From: a virus
Lineage: Duplodnaviria; Heunggongvirae; Uroviricota; Caudoviricetes
IMG/VR virus record: IMGVR_UViG_2565956720_000001
Direction: 5' to 3' (one strand)
DNA: 22,730 bases
How positions within the stretch are numbered: the stretch's first letter is position 1; every line of letters begins with the position of its first letter. The notes under the pieces were generated by a model that had not been told where the DNA came from, did not search any database, and saw only the letters and a list, made by a program, of their open reading frames with translations. The position numbers and the translations under genes are program-made. Below are positions 6,364 to 16,404 of the stretch, piece after piece.

Positions 6364-9080
6364 TATTTAGATCCCCACGAAAAGTAATCTTTAAATTTGT
6401 CCATACGTTCGTTATGCAGGCGCTGATACTGCTCATCCAGAGCGCGATGCTTGTCTTTGAAGTTTCGTATAGCCTGTCCACGCATAATTTCTTCCTGCTC
6501 GTACTGCTCCCGTTCCTGCTGCATTTTCTTATAAGGTTCCCAATCTGCTAGTGATGGTTCCCAACGCATAGGACGCCCATGTTTGTTATAAAACGGCTGG
6601 ACCCGATCGATGCCATTTTCATCCTTAGTTCTTACCATAATGGCGTAATCACCATTACGGGGTGTTAACACGTCAGGGGTTATGAATAATTCTCCATTAA
6701 TACGACTCTCAGGGGTTTTTGTCTCAACTACAGGAGCATTACCTGACGTGATCCCAAGCAACGTCGGACTGGTTGTTATAATCTCTTTGCGCTCACCGTA
6801 CATCAGCCGTTCTTTTTCAGCTTTCCACTGCGCCGCCTGCCAGCCTGACGGCCCATATTGATAAAGCGCCTCCGGTGCATATTTCATAAACTGTGCATCT
6901 CCGTTAACCTCGCTGATACTCCAGGTGCGGGCTATCTGCTGGTTGGTCATTTGCTTCGCTACGTCAGCGTTACCACCAGCAACGCGGTAGTTAATGTCAT
7001 ACAGCGTCTGATAGTCATTACGGAATCTAGCTGCTTCCGGCGTCTGGTCATCCGCAGAAGGATCCCAACGGAACCACTGCGCCATATTGCTGACAGCAGA
7101 ATTCATCGCCTTGCTGCGATCATTTTTGTACTCTTTTGAACTCTGCGTTGATGCCAATTGAGCTTTAAGAGCATCGGTCTGGTTGTATGTCAGGTTCTGC
7201 GCCTGCTCGATAGCCGCATCAGCAGACATGCCAGAATCAGTTAGTTGCTTAACAGTCAGATAAAAACCCTGCATATCCTTCGGCATATTTCCAATAGATG
7301 CATTGTCTGTTTCATATAACCGACTAAACAGCTCCGCTGCATTTTTAACCACTTCCTGATTACTGGATCGGGATACTGCTGAAAGCTGCGTGATGACCTG
7401 CGAAGGCATTATGCCAGTCTGAGCCACAAGCCGAACAACCCCATCATGAGTGGAGGCATCATTAATACGAAAGTTCTGCGCCATTTCTGTGTAATCAGCA
7501 GCTTTCTGCATTGACTTGTTGCTTGGGTCTAATTTTTCACCTATTGTCAGCGCCTCATTGAATCTGCGTGAATCCCGTTGCGCCTGAATTGCTTCATTTG
7601 ATCTCTGAAGCAATGCAGACAATTTTCCGTAAGCATCGAGTTTTAACGCATAGTGAGGATCGTTAACCTCAGGCTTCACTTTCTGCATTTCTTCTTGCTG
7701 CTGAGAAGGAGGCAAATACTGAATTGCCTGGAATATTCTCGCGTTATCAATCGCTATATCCAGTTGATTGATTATTTTATCTGCGTTTTTTCCATACCCC
7801 CTGATGATGGTCTCCTGAGCCGGTATATAATCTGGAACCTCACCGTTATATAGCTGGGCCATGGTGTTATTAATAGCTGGCTCAAGCTGTTCTAATATTA
7901 ACTTCCTTTGCTTTTCTATCTGACTATTAGCAAGGTTATCTATTTGATAAATAGTCAGCGGATCCATTCCAGTTTTATTTTTTCTATATCGGGAAAGCCA
8001 CCCTTGTGTTTCTGATGGAAGATTTCGGATAAATTCTTCTTCTGATATTTCACCTTTACGTGGATCACCGACTTTGGCGATCAGTTTATCCACGTTACCC
8101 ATCCCCCAGTTATATGCTGCTCCGGTCAATATTTCTGAGCCGTACTTACCATACAGTTGATTTACATAGTCACTGGCAAGCATTTCATGCTGTTGTTCGT
8201 CCGTAGGGTTGTATTCAACGCCACGCTTGGCCGCCAGTTCTTTCCCTGTGCCCGGCATTAACTGGTATTTCCCCTGGGCCCTCTCTCCAGAAGATGTTTT
8301 CGGTCCTTCAAGAATACTACCATCAGGATTAAAATGACGATCACCTGATTCAACAAGGCGTATGGCACGCATGTCCATGCCTACAGAATCATTTTTCTGA
8401 AACAGACCATTTAGCCATCCTTCCGGATTAGCAGCGGCATAATTCTTCGCCCGCATTTCTGTGGCACTGCGATCATCACTTTCTATTTCTTCCAGAATGC
8501 GTTCTTGTGACCATCCCCTGGCAGCTCCATATCTGGCAATGGCTACCATTCTGGAATTTCTGGCTAAAGTGGCAGTTTGCGGGTCATTCCAGGCATCCGC
8601 TTCATTTTGTATCCATAATTTTCTCGTTGCCTGATATTGCTCATCTTCATAGGCATTTGTCTGCCCTATCTCATGTCTGAGAACTCCAGTACTGAACTGA
8701 ATTTTCTGTGTTCTGGCTTGTTGCAAAAACATATTTCTTGCTGCTTCATCAGTCAATGAAGCAGCTATTTCTTCCACATCCTGATCAAATCCAGATATGT
8801 ACTCTTGCCCCTTACCAATCGCATTTTTGCCTTGTTGTGCATAAAAACCGGTTTGAGGGTTATAAAGACGTTCATTGCTGCGCTGATTAAGCTGAAGGAT
8901 GGCATCCTGAGACAATGCAACATTCGCTTTCTGCCTGGCTTCACCATATGCCACCGCATACTGATCTGCGACATTCGCCAGCACCTGACCTGCTTGAGGA
9001 ACATCGAAGGTCTGAAAACCACCGGTTTGCACACCACGACTTTGCACCTGGCGTCCGGATGTAGTAGGAACAACAGGCAT
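6363..9080 (-). CDS. Internal virion protein with a lytic transglycosylase (SLT) domain (905 aa)
   Basis: ATG at 9080 overlaps the upstream TGA (ATGA). Residues about 240-330 carry the SLT motifs: E-S (RLVESGDRHFNPDG), GKYQLMPGT, AAYNWGMG. Confidence 0.85.
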   Translation of the reverse strand: MPVVPTTSGRQVQSRGVQTGGFQTFDVPQAGQVLANVADQYAVAYGEARQKANVALSQDAILQLNQRSNERLYNPQTGFYAQQGKNAIGKGQEYISGFDQDVEEIAASLTDEAARNMFLQQARTQKIQFSTGVLRHEIGQTNAYEDEQYQATRKLWIQNEADAWNDPQTATLARNSRMVAIARYGAARGWSQERILEEIESDDRSATEMRAKNYAAANPEGWLNGLFQKNDSVGMDMRAIRLVESGDRHFNPDGSILEGPKTSSGERAQGKYQLMPGTGKELAAKRGVEYNPTDEQQHEMLASDYVNQLYGKYGSEILTGAAYNWGMGNVDKLIAKVGDPRKGEISEEEFIRNLPSETQGWLSRYRKNKTGMDPLTIYQIDNLANSQIEKQRKLILEQLEPAINNTMAQLYNGEVPDYIPAQETIIRGYGKNADKIINQLDIAIDNARIFQAIQYLPPSQQQEEMQKVKPEVNDPHYALKLDAYGKLSALLQRSNEAIQAQRDSRRFNEALTIGEKLDPSNKSMQKAADYTEMAQNFRINDASTHDGVVRLVAQTGIMPSQVITQLSAVSRSSNQEVVKNAAELFSRLYETDNASIGNMPKDMQGFYLTVKQLTDSGMSADAAIEQAQNLTYNQTDALKAQLASTQSSKEYKNDRSKAMNSAVSNMAQWFRWDPSADDQTPEAARFRNDYQTLYDINYRVAGGNADVAKQMTNQQIARTWSISEVNGDAQFMKYAPEALYQYGPSGWQAAQWKAEKERLMYGERKEIITTSPTLLGITSGNAPVVETKTPESRINGELFITPDVLTPRNGDYAIMVRTKDENGIDRVQPFYNKHGRPMRWEPSLADWEPYKKMQQEREQYEQEEIMRGQAIRNFKDKHRALDEQYQRLHNERMDKFKDYFSWGSK

Positions 9081-9655
9081 CAGTAACCTCCTATTTTGAA
9101 TCGGGAGTCAGAATTCATAAAACCTGAGTTAGATAACATTGGCGTTCCACCACCAGATGCACTTCCTTTAGAGAACGGACTCCACGTCCCACCAAACATC
9201 TGGTACGCACCGTATGCCTTCAGAGGCGCAGTGAGCAATGTTGTTGCTGCTCCCATATTCCCCTGTTTACGGGCTGAACTGGCTTCTGCTTTATAGTTGG
9301 CAGCCTGAACCTGATAACCGTAAGCCTCGCGTTGCGCGTTATTCACCGTCGTCAGCGAATCAAGAGCGCCAAACTGGGCAGTGTCGCCAAATATATCCAG
9401 CGCGTTACCTGTAGATAAATCAGCGCCGGTAGCCCCCATTGTCGCCGCCTGTGTACCAAGCCGCTGTCGGGTCTCTCTGCGCCGTTGCTCAGCTTCAGCG
9501 TTACCTCTGTTTATTGCATCATTTGCCTGAGCTGTGGCTATATCTGCGTTCGCTTCTGCAACCTTCGAGGCATACTTTCCCTGTTGGTACTGGGTGTATG
9601 CCTGAATGCCACTCATGGCGAGCATTGCGCCACCAGCAATAACCGGATCGCACAT
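9080..9655 (-). CDS. Internal virion protein (T7 gp14-position analogue, 191 aa)
   Basis: ATG at 9655 overlaps the upstream stop; size and position match T7 gp14 (196 aa); Gly/Ala/Gln-rich. Confidence 0.7.
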   Translation of the reverse strand: MCDPVIAGGAMLAMSGIQAYTQYQQGKYASKVAEANADIATAQANDAINRGNAEAEQRRRETRQRLGTQAATMGATGADLSTGNALDIFGDTAQFGALDSLTTVNNAQREAYGYQVQAANYKAEASSARKQGNMGAATTLLTAPLKAYGAYQMFGGTWSPFSKGSASGGGTPMLSNSGFMNSDSRFKIGGY

Positions 9656-10119
9656 TATTTTCTCTCCATGTGAAATCTGTGGAAATTAAGACCAAGAGCA
9701 CCATAAGGCGCGGCTTCTTCAAGCCTGAATCCAAGCCAGTGCAGCCATGCTTTGGCAACATGGTTTCGCTCGTCGACATAGTTTTCCAGGCGCGGATAAA
9801 CTGCCAGCATCTGCTGCAATACAGGGCGGCAGTGGCGAAGAAATGTCTTCTGATATTTTTCGATACGGCTGGTTCCGACCAGCCAGGGCGTACCATTGCC
9901 ACCGATCATTGACGCCGGAGATACGCCAAACATGGTTACCAGTTCTCCGTTCGCAAATCCTGACCAGGCCATAGTCGCAGTACGCAGACCAACACGCAGC
10001 GCATCTTCGGTAGTCATCAGCGATACCGCATACAGTTCGTCAATATCAGCCTGACGAACATCCGGCAAAATCATCTGAAGATGCTCTTCGGTAGCGGGAA
10101 TAATTTGAACGTCGATCAT
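9655..10119 (-). CDS. Small internal virion/assembly protein (T7 gp13-position analogue, 154 aa)
   Basis: ATG at 10119 overlaps the stop of the upstream gene (ATGA); the call rests on synteny only. Confidence 0.65.
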   Translation of the reverse strand: MIDVQIIPATEEHLQMILPDVRQADIDELYAVSLMTTEDALRVGLRTATMAWSGFANGELVTMFGVSPASMIGGNGTPWLVGTSRIEKYQKTFLRHCRPVLQQMLAVYPRLENYVDERNHVAKAWLHWLGFRLEEAAPYGALGLNFHRFHMERK

Positions 10120-12590
10120 CAGAATCCCCCAACAGTAAGGCGAGGAATAACGGCAAGAACAGACAGCGGCAACGGGTCAAGCTGACGGATTTTTACACGT
10201 CCGTTTTTGCCCCAGTTACTGTCCAGTTTCACTTCTACTTTTCCGGTAGCGTCATCAACAGGATCATCGTAGAACTCGAATTCACGCTGTGGATATTCGT
10301 ACCATTTACCGCCGGGCGTAGTCGCCCAGATGCCGCGACTGGCATTCACAACCAGAGTAACGGAGGGGATCACCTGTTTTTTGTCCAGCAGCGTTTCCTG
10401 TCCGTTAATGTTGATATCCAGTGTTTCGAATTCAGCAGTTATTGGCAGGCCGATGTGCACTACAGCCCCCGGAGATTCCAGCGTGACGGCACCTCCGGAA
10501 ACCACTTTCTGTGGTTCCACGTTCGCATCAGAGAGAATGTTTACGGTCTGGCCTTCAAGATGAGACAGGCCTCCAAATGTCCGGCGCGCCATCTGCCAGT
10601 TCGTGGTGGCCACATTCCTGAGGGATGGCGGGACGTTCCTGTTAGCACGAACCACTACAGCGGTATTACTGGTTACAGAAATAATGTCGCAACGTAATTC
10701 TTTTGACACCTCATCGCCAGTATCAGGATCAGTTCCGGTATAAGGGAACTGTAGTTGCGCGCCGACATCACTACTGGTGAAGTACGCACCACCAGAAACA
10801 CTGATTGTATATTCCGCGCGGTAATCCCATTCGCCAGAACCACCAGTGATGATCATCGTTCTGTCAGACGTATTTCTTCCATCATAGCTAAGGCCAGAAT
10901 CAACAAAGAAAGCATCTTCATCGCTGGTAAATAAACGGCTGGACAGTCGCTCGATGTATCTCACTGTTTGCCCGTTAACGGTTCGGTTAACGACGAAATA
11001 CACCGCATCTTCATTGCCTTCGCTGATACTGCATGTGCTTTCATATTTTCCGGTACTGGATTGTGGTGCCCATGCAAAAACCTGCTGATCACGCAAATAG
11101 GTCATCACCAGTAATTTACCGTCATCACGGATGCAGAAGGCGCTGGAGTAAGGGACTATTGAGAAGCACCAGTCAACAATGCTGTGCTTCTGAAAAAGAT
11201 GATTGGCAAGGATAGTAAGGTCGTTCCCCTGATAGCCGTCAACATCGAATGAGTAGGCGAGATCACGGACAACACTGCCTTTCTCCTGGACGAACAGAGC
11301 AATATTCGCCACGGCAATTGGTGGGACATTGCTCGAGCCATTTGATCCCTGAGAGCTGAATGCAAATGATGATGGGGTAAGCACTTTGTTCTGGTCGCCA
11401 GTGATGACGTACTCACCTCCGGAAGTCAGCGCCACCAGCGAACCAACATCAATCAGGTGACGGATCTCATTAACCTGACGCCCGGCATAGGTGTAGATAA
11501 TTCTGTCGTCATCCTGCGTAGGATTGCTTTTGCCAAAATCCTTATAATCCCCAGTACGGCTGGCCCAGATAGTCTGAGGGAACGCAGTCGATGCGGCGAA
11601 GTAAAGGCGTTGTTGATAATAAACAACAGTGCCAGGATAACCGTTAATACTGTTCCAGGCATATTTAGCCCATTTATAGCTGGCATTATCCTCGCCAACT
11701 ACCTGCGAAGGGATATAGGAAATCACCTCGGCAGTTGCAGTAGTTCCATTTGCAGCAGAGATACGGGCAATGCCAAAACCACTGTGCAGATACTCCCACT
11801 CAATGCCGGTATCATCATCACCGGATCCGCCCCAGCCATCCCATGATGTGCCTTCTGTATGCGAAGGGCGCAAAGTACCTGTTTTGCCTGCTGTAACGGC
11901 GCGATAGTAGTTACTGTCTGCACGGCGAATATCGCCAATCGACGTACTCTTACTGGTTTCCCATACCGGCACTGAATCCACTGCAGGCTGTTCCAGATAG
12001 AACAATTTGCCTACCTGCTCCGCGCCAAAAATAGAGGCGCTTGCCGTTAACGTAATTGTCCCGGTGCTGGCGCTGGCATAAACCGTCACTGACTCGTCAA
12101 TATTGATATCTTCAAATGGCCCGTTCTTCGTTACCACATCAACCAGTTGCCAGTTGTCATGCGCATAGCGGCGCAACTCTTTCGGCGGGTATGCCGGATG
12201 AACCAGCGTAAGCACGTCTGCGCTTTGCGTGAATTTAATTCGGAACAGATCGGCTTCAGTATATGGCGTGGCAATTTCATAAATAACATTGCTGCTGTTC
12301 AGCACCAACGCACCATCTTTGATAACGCGCATGTACTGGTGTCCGAACTCCAGAGCATAAGTCTGAACCGTCGAGAACTGGAACGGGATCAGGCGGCATT
12401 TCCGATTTGGGTATTTGGCGGCACCGACAAAACGCGTACCAGGTCGATTCTCAACGCCGCCATACTGCCGCACGATAAAGTTATCGCACTTGCGCAATGC
12501 CACCTGGTACTTCGCCATGTCGATACGTCCGTACAACGACGGTCCAATCTCACCACCGGCAAAGCTGGGCTGGATCCAACTGATAGCCAT
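10119..12590 (-). CDS. Tail tubular protein B-like (nozzle; T7 gp12 analogue, 823 aa)
   Basis: ATG at 12590 overlaps the upstream TGA. N-terminus MAISWIQPSFAGGEIGPSL resembles remembered T7 gp12 (MALISQSIKNLKGGISQQP); size and position match. Confidence 0.8.
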   Translation of the reverse strand: MAISWIQPSFAGGEIGPSLYGRIDMAKYQVALRKCDNFIVRQYGGVENRPGTRFVGAAKYPNRKCRLIPFQFSTVQTYALEFGHQYMRVIKDGALVLNSSNVIYEIATPYTEADLFRIKFTQSADVLTLVHPAYPPKELRRYAHDNWQLVDVVTKNGPFEDINIDESVTVYASASTGTITLTASASIFGAEQVGKLFYLEQPAVDSVPVWETSKSTSIGDIRRADSNYYRAVTAGKTGTLRPSHTEGTSWDGWGGSGDDDTGIEWEYLHSGFGIARISAANGTTATAEVISYIPSQVVGEDNASYKWAKYAWNSINGYPGTVVYYQQRLYFAASTAFPQTIWASRTGDYKDFGKSNPTQDDDRIIYTYAGRQVNEIRHLIDVGSLVALTSGGEYVITGDQNKVLTPSSFAFSSQGSNGSSNVPPIAVANIALFVQEKGSVVRDLAYSFDVDGYQGNDLTILANHLFQKHSIVDWCFSIVPYSSAFCIRDDGKLLVMTYLRDQQVFAWAPQSSTGKYESTCSISEGNEDAVYFVVNRTVNGQTVRYIERLSSRLFTSDEDAFFVDSGLSYDGRNTSDRTMIITGGSGEWDYRAEYTISVSGGAYFTSSDVGAQLQFPYTGTDPDTGDEVSKELRCDIISVTSNTAVVVRANRNVPPSLRNVATTNWQMARRTFGGLSHLEGQTVNILSDANVEPQKVVSGGAVTLESPGAVVHIGLPITAEFETLDININGQETLLDKKQVIPSVTLVVNASRGIWATTPGGKWYEYPQREFEFYDDPVDDATGKVEVKLDSNWGKNGRVKIRQLDPLPLSVLAVIPRLTVGGF

Positions 12591-13195
12591 CAGGACAACC
12601 TCGCAATGGTAAACTCGTCAACCGGTGGCTGTGGTTCCTGTGATTCATTCTGGCTATGCGAGCCAGCACTAAGAATCACGCGATTGTACATATTGAGGGC
12701 AAACGTACCGAGGTCTGCATTCCCAGTCAGCGCCATGTTAATAGCTGCCGCAAGACGCCAGGCCAACGCCTCCATAAAAATGGCATCAAACATGTTCACA
12801 TCTGTAACGCGAGAGACATACTTGAGCCATGCCTGAGGCTGGTCTGTGTAGATCAACTTTCCTGTTCCGTTGGTGTCTGCACCAACTTCGTACTGAACGC
12901 GCATTGCTGCTGTTGGATTGCGTACACCAGGAAGCATAATTTCAGTAATGCGCAGACAATCTGACGGGTACTGGTATGCGTATTCCCAGTCTGGCGGCGG
13001 ATTGTTCGTATCTGCAAGCGCCACGCGTTTGGTAGCAAAGTTCCAGTCAAAATCAGAAAGCACAGCATCACGGCAGGCCTCAAAGTGCAGCGAACATTCC
13101 CCCGCTTCCTTGCTGGCTTCCGTCAGGCTGTTAATGCTACGGCTATTGCCAATATTGGACAGCGCACGATTGCAGATCTCTACTACAGAGGCCAT
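12590..13195 (-). CDS. Tail tubular protein A-like (adaptor/gatekeeper; T7 gp11 analogue, 201 aa)
   Basis: ATG at 13195 overlaps the upstream TAA. N-terminal EICNRALSNIGNSRSINSLTE resembles T7 gp11 [21 protein letters not shown]; size and order fit. Confidence 0.75.
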   Translation of the reverse strand: MASVVEICNRALSNIGNSRSINSLTEASKEAGECSLHFEACRDAVLSDFDWNFATKRVALADTNNPPPDWEYAYQYPSDCLRITEIMLPGVRNPTAAMRVQYEVGADTNGTGKLIYTDQPQAWLKYVSRVTDVNMFDAIFMEALAWRLAAAINMALTGNADLGTFALNMYNRVILSAGSHSQNESQEPQPPVDEFTIARLS

Positions 13196-13518
13196 TACTC
13201 ACCCCCATTGCCGTACAGAGTTTCAGCCGCTGATTTTTCTACATCCCCGGAAACAGTAGCGATCGCCATATCAGTGATCTGCAGATCGGCGCTGCGATTA
13301 ACACCATCGTCAGTTTCTCTGGCAGACAGGCCTCGAATAACAGCCTTTGCAGTTATCATCACTTCTGTTCCGACGCCCTTAGGTTGCGCCTTCAGCTTAT
13401 TCAATGTGTCGTTATTCAGCGTGATGCACAGCCCCCACGGGTATTCATCGCGAGTTCTGGTTTCTCCGCTCTCATCCTGGTAGCTGTCAGTGCCGGTTTT
13501 GAGGTTTACGAGTTCCAT
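13195..13518 (-). CDS. Hypothetical virion-associated protein (107 aa)
   Basis: Start re-placed at ATG 13518, with AGGAG 5 nt upstream (the track start is GTG 13524). Translationally coupled to the downstream gene (TAATG). Confidence 0.65.
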   Translation of the reverse strand: MELVNLKTGTDSYQDESGETRTRDEYPWGLCITLNNDTLNKLKAQPKGVGTEVMITAKAVIRGLSARETDDGVNRSADLQITDMAIATVSGDVEKSAAETLYGNGGE

Positions 13519-13528
13519 ATACACTCCT

Positions 13529-13552
13529 GCAATAAAGGGGCCGAAGCCCCTT
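13529..13552 (-). terminator. Intra-operon intrinsic terminator within the late gene array (analogous in position to T7 Tphi)
   Basis: On the minus strand: AAGGGGC-TTCG-GCCCCTT hairpin followed by TTTATT, then the AGGAG/ATG of the next gene. Confidence 0.45.
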
Positions 13553-13568
13553 GTCTGATTCGCGAGGC

Positions 13569-13904
13569 TTACACGCCCAGTTCTTTACGCTTATCTGCGA
13601 TCTTCTCGCGGAGCGTTTCGGCTTTGGCGTTATGGTGTGGCTTCTCGTTAAAGAGCAATTCGTACTCTTCACGGAGCTTATCCAGTTCACCATCATCTGA
13701 CACATCGTTGATGATTTTGGTGCTGGTTGCTGCCATTGACACCTTTCCTGCAACTTTTGCTTTTGCCTGTCTGGCTGCATCGTTAACAGGTTCCAGTGCG
13801 CTACCAGGCTCACCTTCGTATTCGATTTCTGCCCCCTCCGGCCACAGAGTGTTATGGATATGAGAGAGGCGCAGAACGCGGTATCTTGGTTTCTCACCTG
13901 ACAT
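13569..13904 (-). CDS. Hypothetical phage protein (111 aa)
   Basis: Start placed at ATG 13904, with AAGGTGA 5 nt upstream (the track start is GTG 13913). Charged, helical-looking C-terminus; followed by the terminator above. Confidence 0.65.
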   Translation of the reverse strand: MSGEKPRYRVLRLSHIHNTLWPEGAEIEYEGEPGSALEPVNDAARQAKAKVAGKVSMAATSTKIINDVSDDGELDKLREEYELLFNEKPHHNAKAETLREKIADKRKELGV

Positions 13905-13914
13905 CAATATCACC

Positions 13915-14352
13915 TTAACCAGTTACTTTTGAGCGGATCGGGTACGGTGTATTGGCATCAACATCCAGACTGATACCCGCAGTGAATTTGCCGGCCGTTA
14001 GTGGGCCAGTTGCGACGGAGTAGTTAACACGCAGATATCGCTGAACACCGGCAGGCACCTTTGCAGAAACAACTCGTTTACCTGCTGTCAGGGTAGCCTT
14101 TGCCAGTGCGCCACTATCATAAATAGTGGACCATGAGCTGTTATTCTCACTCGTCTGCAACTGGATGTTTACAGTTGCCTCACCACTTGCCGTGGCGGCT
14201 TCGTTAACCAGCACCCAAAACTCAAGCGGGTAACCCACACCGATATCGCGACAGTTTCCGTCAATTGGACCGAGATCGATTACGTCAGTAGAAGCCGCGG
14301 TATCAGTTACCGCCTGTGCTTCGGAGAACATCAACAGTTTGTCGGTGATCAT
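13915..14352 (-). CDS. Hypothetical capsid-associated protein (145 aa), possibly a decoration or minor capsid protein
   Basis: ATG at 14352 with GGAG upstream; immediately downstream of the major capsid gene; Thr/Ala/Gly/Val-rich. The decoration role is a guess from position. Confidence 0.65.
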   Translation of the reverse strand: MITDKLLMFSEAQAVTDTAASTDVIDLGPIDGNCRDIGVGYPLEFWVLVNEAATASGEATVNIQLQTSENNSSWSTIYDSGALAKATLTAGKRVVSAKVPAGVQRYLRVNYSVATGPLTAGKFTAGISLDVDANTPYPIRSKVTG

Positions 14353-14403
14353 CTTCTTTCTCCATTAGTGGGCCTGTTGCGGCCCACAGGTTAATAACAG
14401 GCG

Positions 14404-15396
14404 TTACACCACGCGGGCTTCTGTTTCCAGAAGTGCGTCAGTTTCGCGAATCGGCACACCACGAAGTGCTGTCCACCATTCGCCTTCTGTCTCTTTCACG
14501 CTGATCGCCAGAGAACTCTTCTCCAGAGATTGCAGGTCAAGCACTTCGTTAATGGTTCTGTTCATGTAGAAAACAGGACGTCCCATCCCACGATTTGGGA
14601 TTCGATGAAGGGCACGAATCATCAGTTTTGCGATATTCGCGGCAGTAGAAGGAGCGTCAAGATTACTGACATCAATGTTTGCGATACGAACTACATAGCG
14701 CCAGTCACGTAATGTCAGCCCGTTGTCCCACTTATAATGGGTACGATAACCTTCGTACTTGCCGCCATTAGCATCTTCCAGTGTCACCTGGCCTTTATCT
14801 TCCATCTGAATGCCAGCCTTCTGTCCTTTCGGGAAGATGCCATGCACGGTGTTTTCGCCCCACACCACTAACCAGATTGAAGTGTTATCTGTACCCGTGC
14901 CACCAGCATCAATGATGTTCTGAGCATTACCCGCAGACAGGCTGGAATATCGGGAGGACAGTCCCATAAACTGCTGAGGGTTAACGCTGGAATCACCGTA
15001 AAACAGTGTCTGCGCCATCGCCTGATTCATCGCTTCAATAAATGCGCGGTCTTCAGACAGGCGGAATTCGGCGGTATTGCCGTTCAGATCAGCCAGTGAC
15101 TTATCGACTTCAGCATAGGTTTCCAGCATGCCAACGTAATCGGTTACCTGCACTGTGGTTGATTTGCTTGGCTGTACGCCATAGTTCAGCAAACGCCAGG
15201 TAGCTGAAGGTAAACCAGAACGAATGGTGGTTCGGTGTCCGGTAGGAAGGTTCCCTTCGACAAAAGGCATATCCTGAAGGATCGGGTTAGTTTGACCGAG
15301 AAGCTCGATAATCTTATCGACTTTCCCGTTTGGATCGACGCGCTTACCCCAGTCAGCCAGCGTTAGCGCAGTTAAGCCTTTAACAGCCATTGTCAT
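14404..15396 (-). CDS. Major capsid protein (330 aa)
   Basis: Follows the scaffold gene in the portal-scaffold-capsid order; ATG at 15396 (or 15390) with a GAGAGGAA ribosome-binding site. Confidence 0.85.
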   Translation of the reverse strand: MTMAVKGLTALTLADWGKRVDPNGKVDKIIELLGQTNPILQDMPFVEGNLPTGHRTTIRSGLPSATWRLLNYGVQPSKSTTVQVTDYVGMLETYAEVDKSLADLNGNTAEFRLSEDRAFIEAMNQAMAQTLFYGDSSVNPQQFMGLSSRYSSLSAGNAQNIIDAGGTGTDNTSIWLVVWGENTVHGIFPKGQKAGIQMEDKGQVTLEDANGGKYEGYRTHYKWDNGLTLRDWRYVVRIANIDVSNLDAPSTAANIAKLMIRALHRIPNRGMGRPVFYMNRTINEVLDLQSLEKSSLAISVKETEGEWWTALRGVPIRETDALLETEARVV

Positions 15397-15404
15397 TTCC
15401 TCTC

Positions 15405-16100
15405 TTATTTGCCATAGAGCACTTCGGCCGCACTACGCTGGCCTTCATTACCACCGGTGACCATGCCATCTTCAGACATCGCCTTTCCGATTTTCACGAA
15501 CGTTTTGACCAGATCAGGGTGATTACCCAGCCCGGTGGTGTTCAGATATTCTTTGAGTTCAGGTGTCCCGAACTGGTCAAGCGCACGCTGTGCGGCGCTA
15601 AGGTTAGAAATCAACTTGTCGCCACCGATTTCTTTGTCGGCTTTTACATCCGCAGCCCACTGCTCGGTTGTTTTCTGCCAGGCTTCTGCCTGGCGCTGCT
15701 GAACACCTGCCAGAATCTTCGGATAAGCATCAACCAGCTTTTGCGCTTGCTCGTTGGTCAGGTTTAGTTCTCGCGCCACCGGCTCGAATTCCTTCAACGC
15801 TTCTGTATCCAGCTCTACGCCTTCGGCAGCCTGAAACTCGTACTTCTCAGGCGCACCCTCTGGTTTATCGCCGTCCTTTTTTTCATCCTGCTTATCGTTT
15901 TCAGGCTTTTTGTCATCAGCAGGTTTATCGCCATCAGCAACAGGTTGTGGCTTATCACCTTCCGGTTGTGATGGTTCACCAACTGGAGCAGGGTTATCAC
16001 CTGCAGGCGCTGACGGTTCTGACGCAGCCGGAGCTGCTCCACCATCGACTGGTTGCTCATTGCAAAGACGGCGATACAGCAAACGCTCAAATAAATTCAT
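15405..16100 (-). CDS. Scaffolding protein (231 aa; acidic, Pro-rich N-terminal region with GDKP repeats)
   Basis: Start re-placed at ATG 16100 (GGAG 5 nt upstream; the track start 16106 is GTG). Asp/Glu/Lys/Pro-rich, low-complexity, helical C-terminus; lies between portal and capsid genes. Confidence 0.8.
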   Translation of the reverse strand: MNLFERLLYRRLCNEQPVDGGAAPAASEPSAPAGDNPAPVGEPSQPEGDKPQPVADGDKPADDKKPENDKQDEKKDGDKPEGAPEKYEFQAAEGVELDTEALKEFEPVARELNLTNEQAQKLVDAYPKILAGVQQRQAEAWQKTTEQWAADVKADKEIGGDKLISNLSAAQRALDQFGTPELKEYLNTTGLGNHPDLVKTFVKIGKAMSEDGMVTGGNEGQRSAAEVLYGK

Positions 16101-16102
16101 GA

Positions 16103-16399
16103 TCACTCCTGTTCACTGGCCTCTTTGGCCATCTTCAAATACTGTTCAGGGCAATGCGCCATAACGCGCTGAAACAGTTCCAGCGCCAGATTGCGTTGCC
16201 CCTCATTAAATGCCATTGCCATAGCGTCCATCGGTGAGATAGCGGAAAACACACGGCCTTTCTCCAGCACCGACCAGACAACGCGACGCCCCTGTTCACT
16301 GCTCATGACAAAGCGAATGTCATCAATTTCACGCTGTGCCATGTCACGTTGCTTACGGGCGTTTTCTTCTTTCAGTTGATCATCTTCGTAATCTGTCAT
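16103..16399 (-). CDS. Hypothetical head-assembly protein (98 aa)
   Basis: ATG at 16399; its TGA (16105-16103) lies 2 nt before the scaffold ATG; acidic, helical composition. Confidence 0.65.
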   Translation of the reverse strand: MTDYEDDQLKEENARKQRDMAQREIDDIRFVMSSEQGRRVVWSVLEKGRVFSAISPMDAMAMAFNEGQRNLALELFQRVMAHCPEQYLKMAKEASEQE

Positions 16400-16404
16400 T
16401 GTGA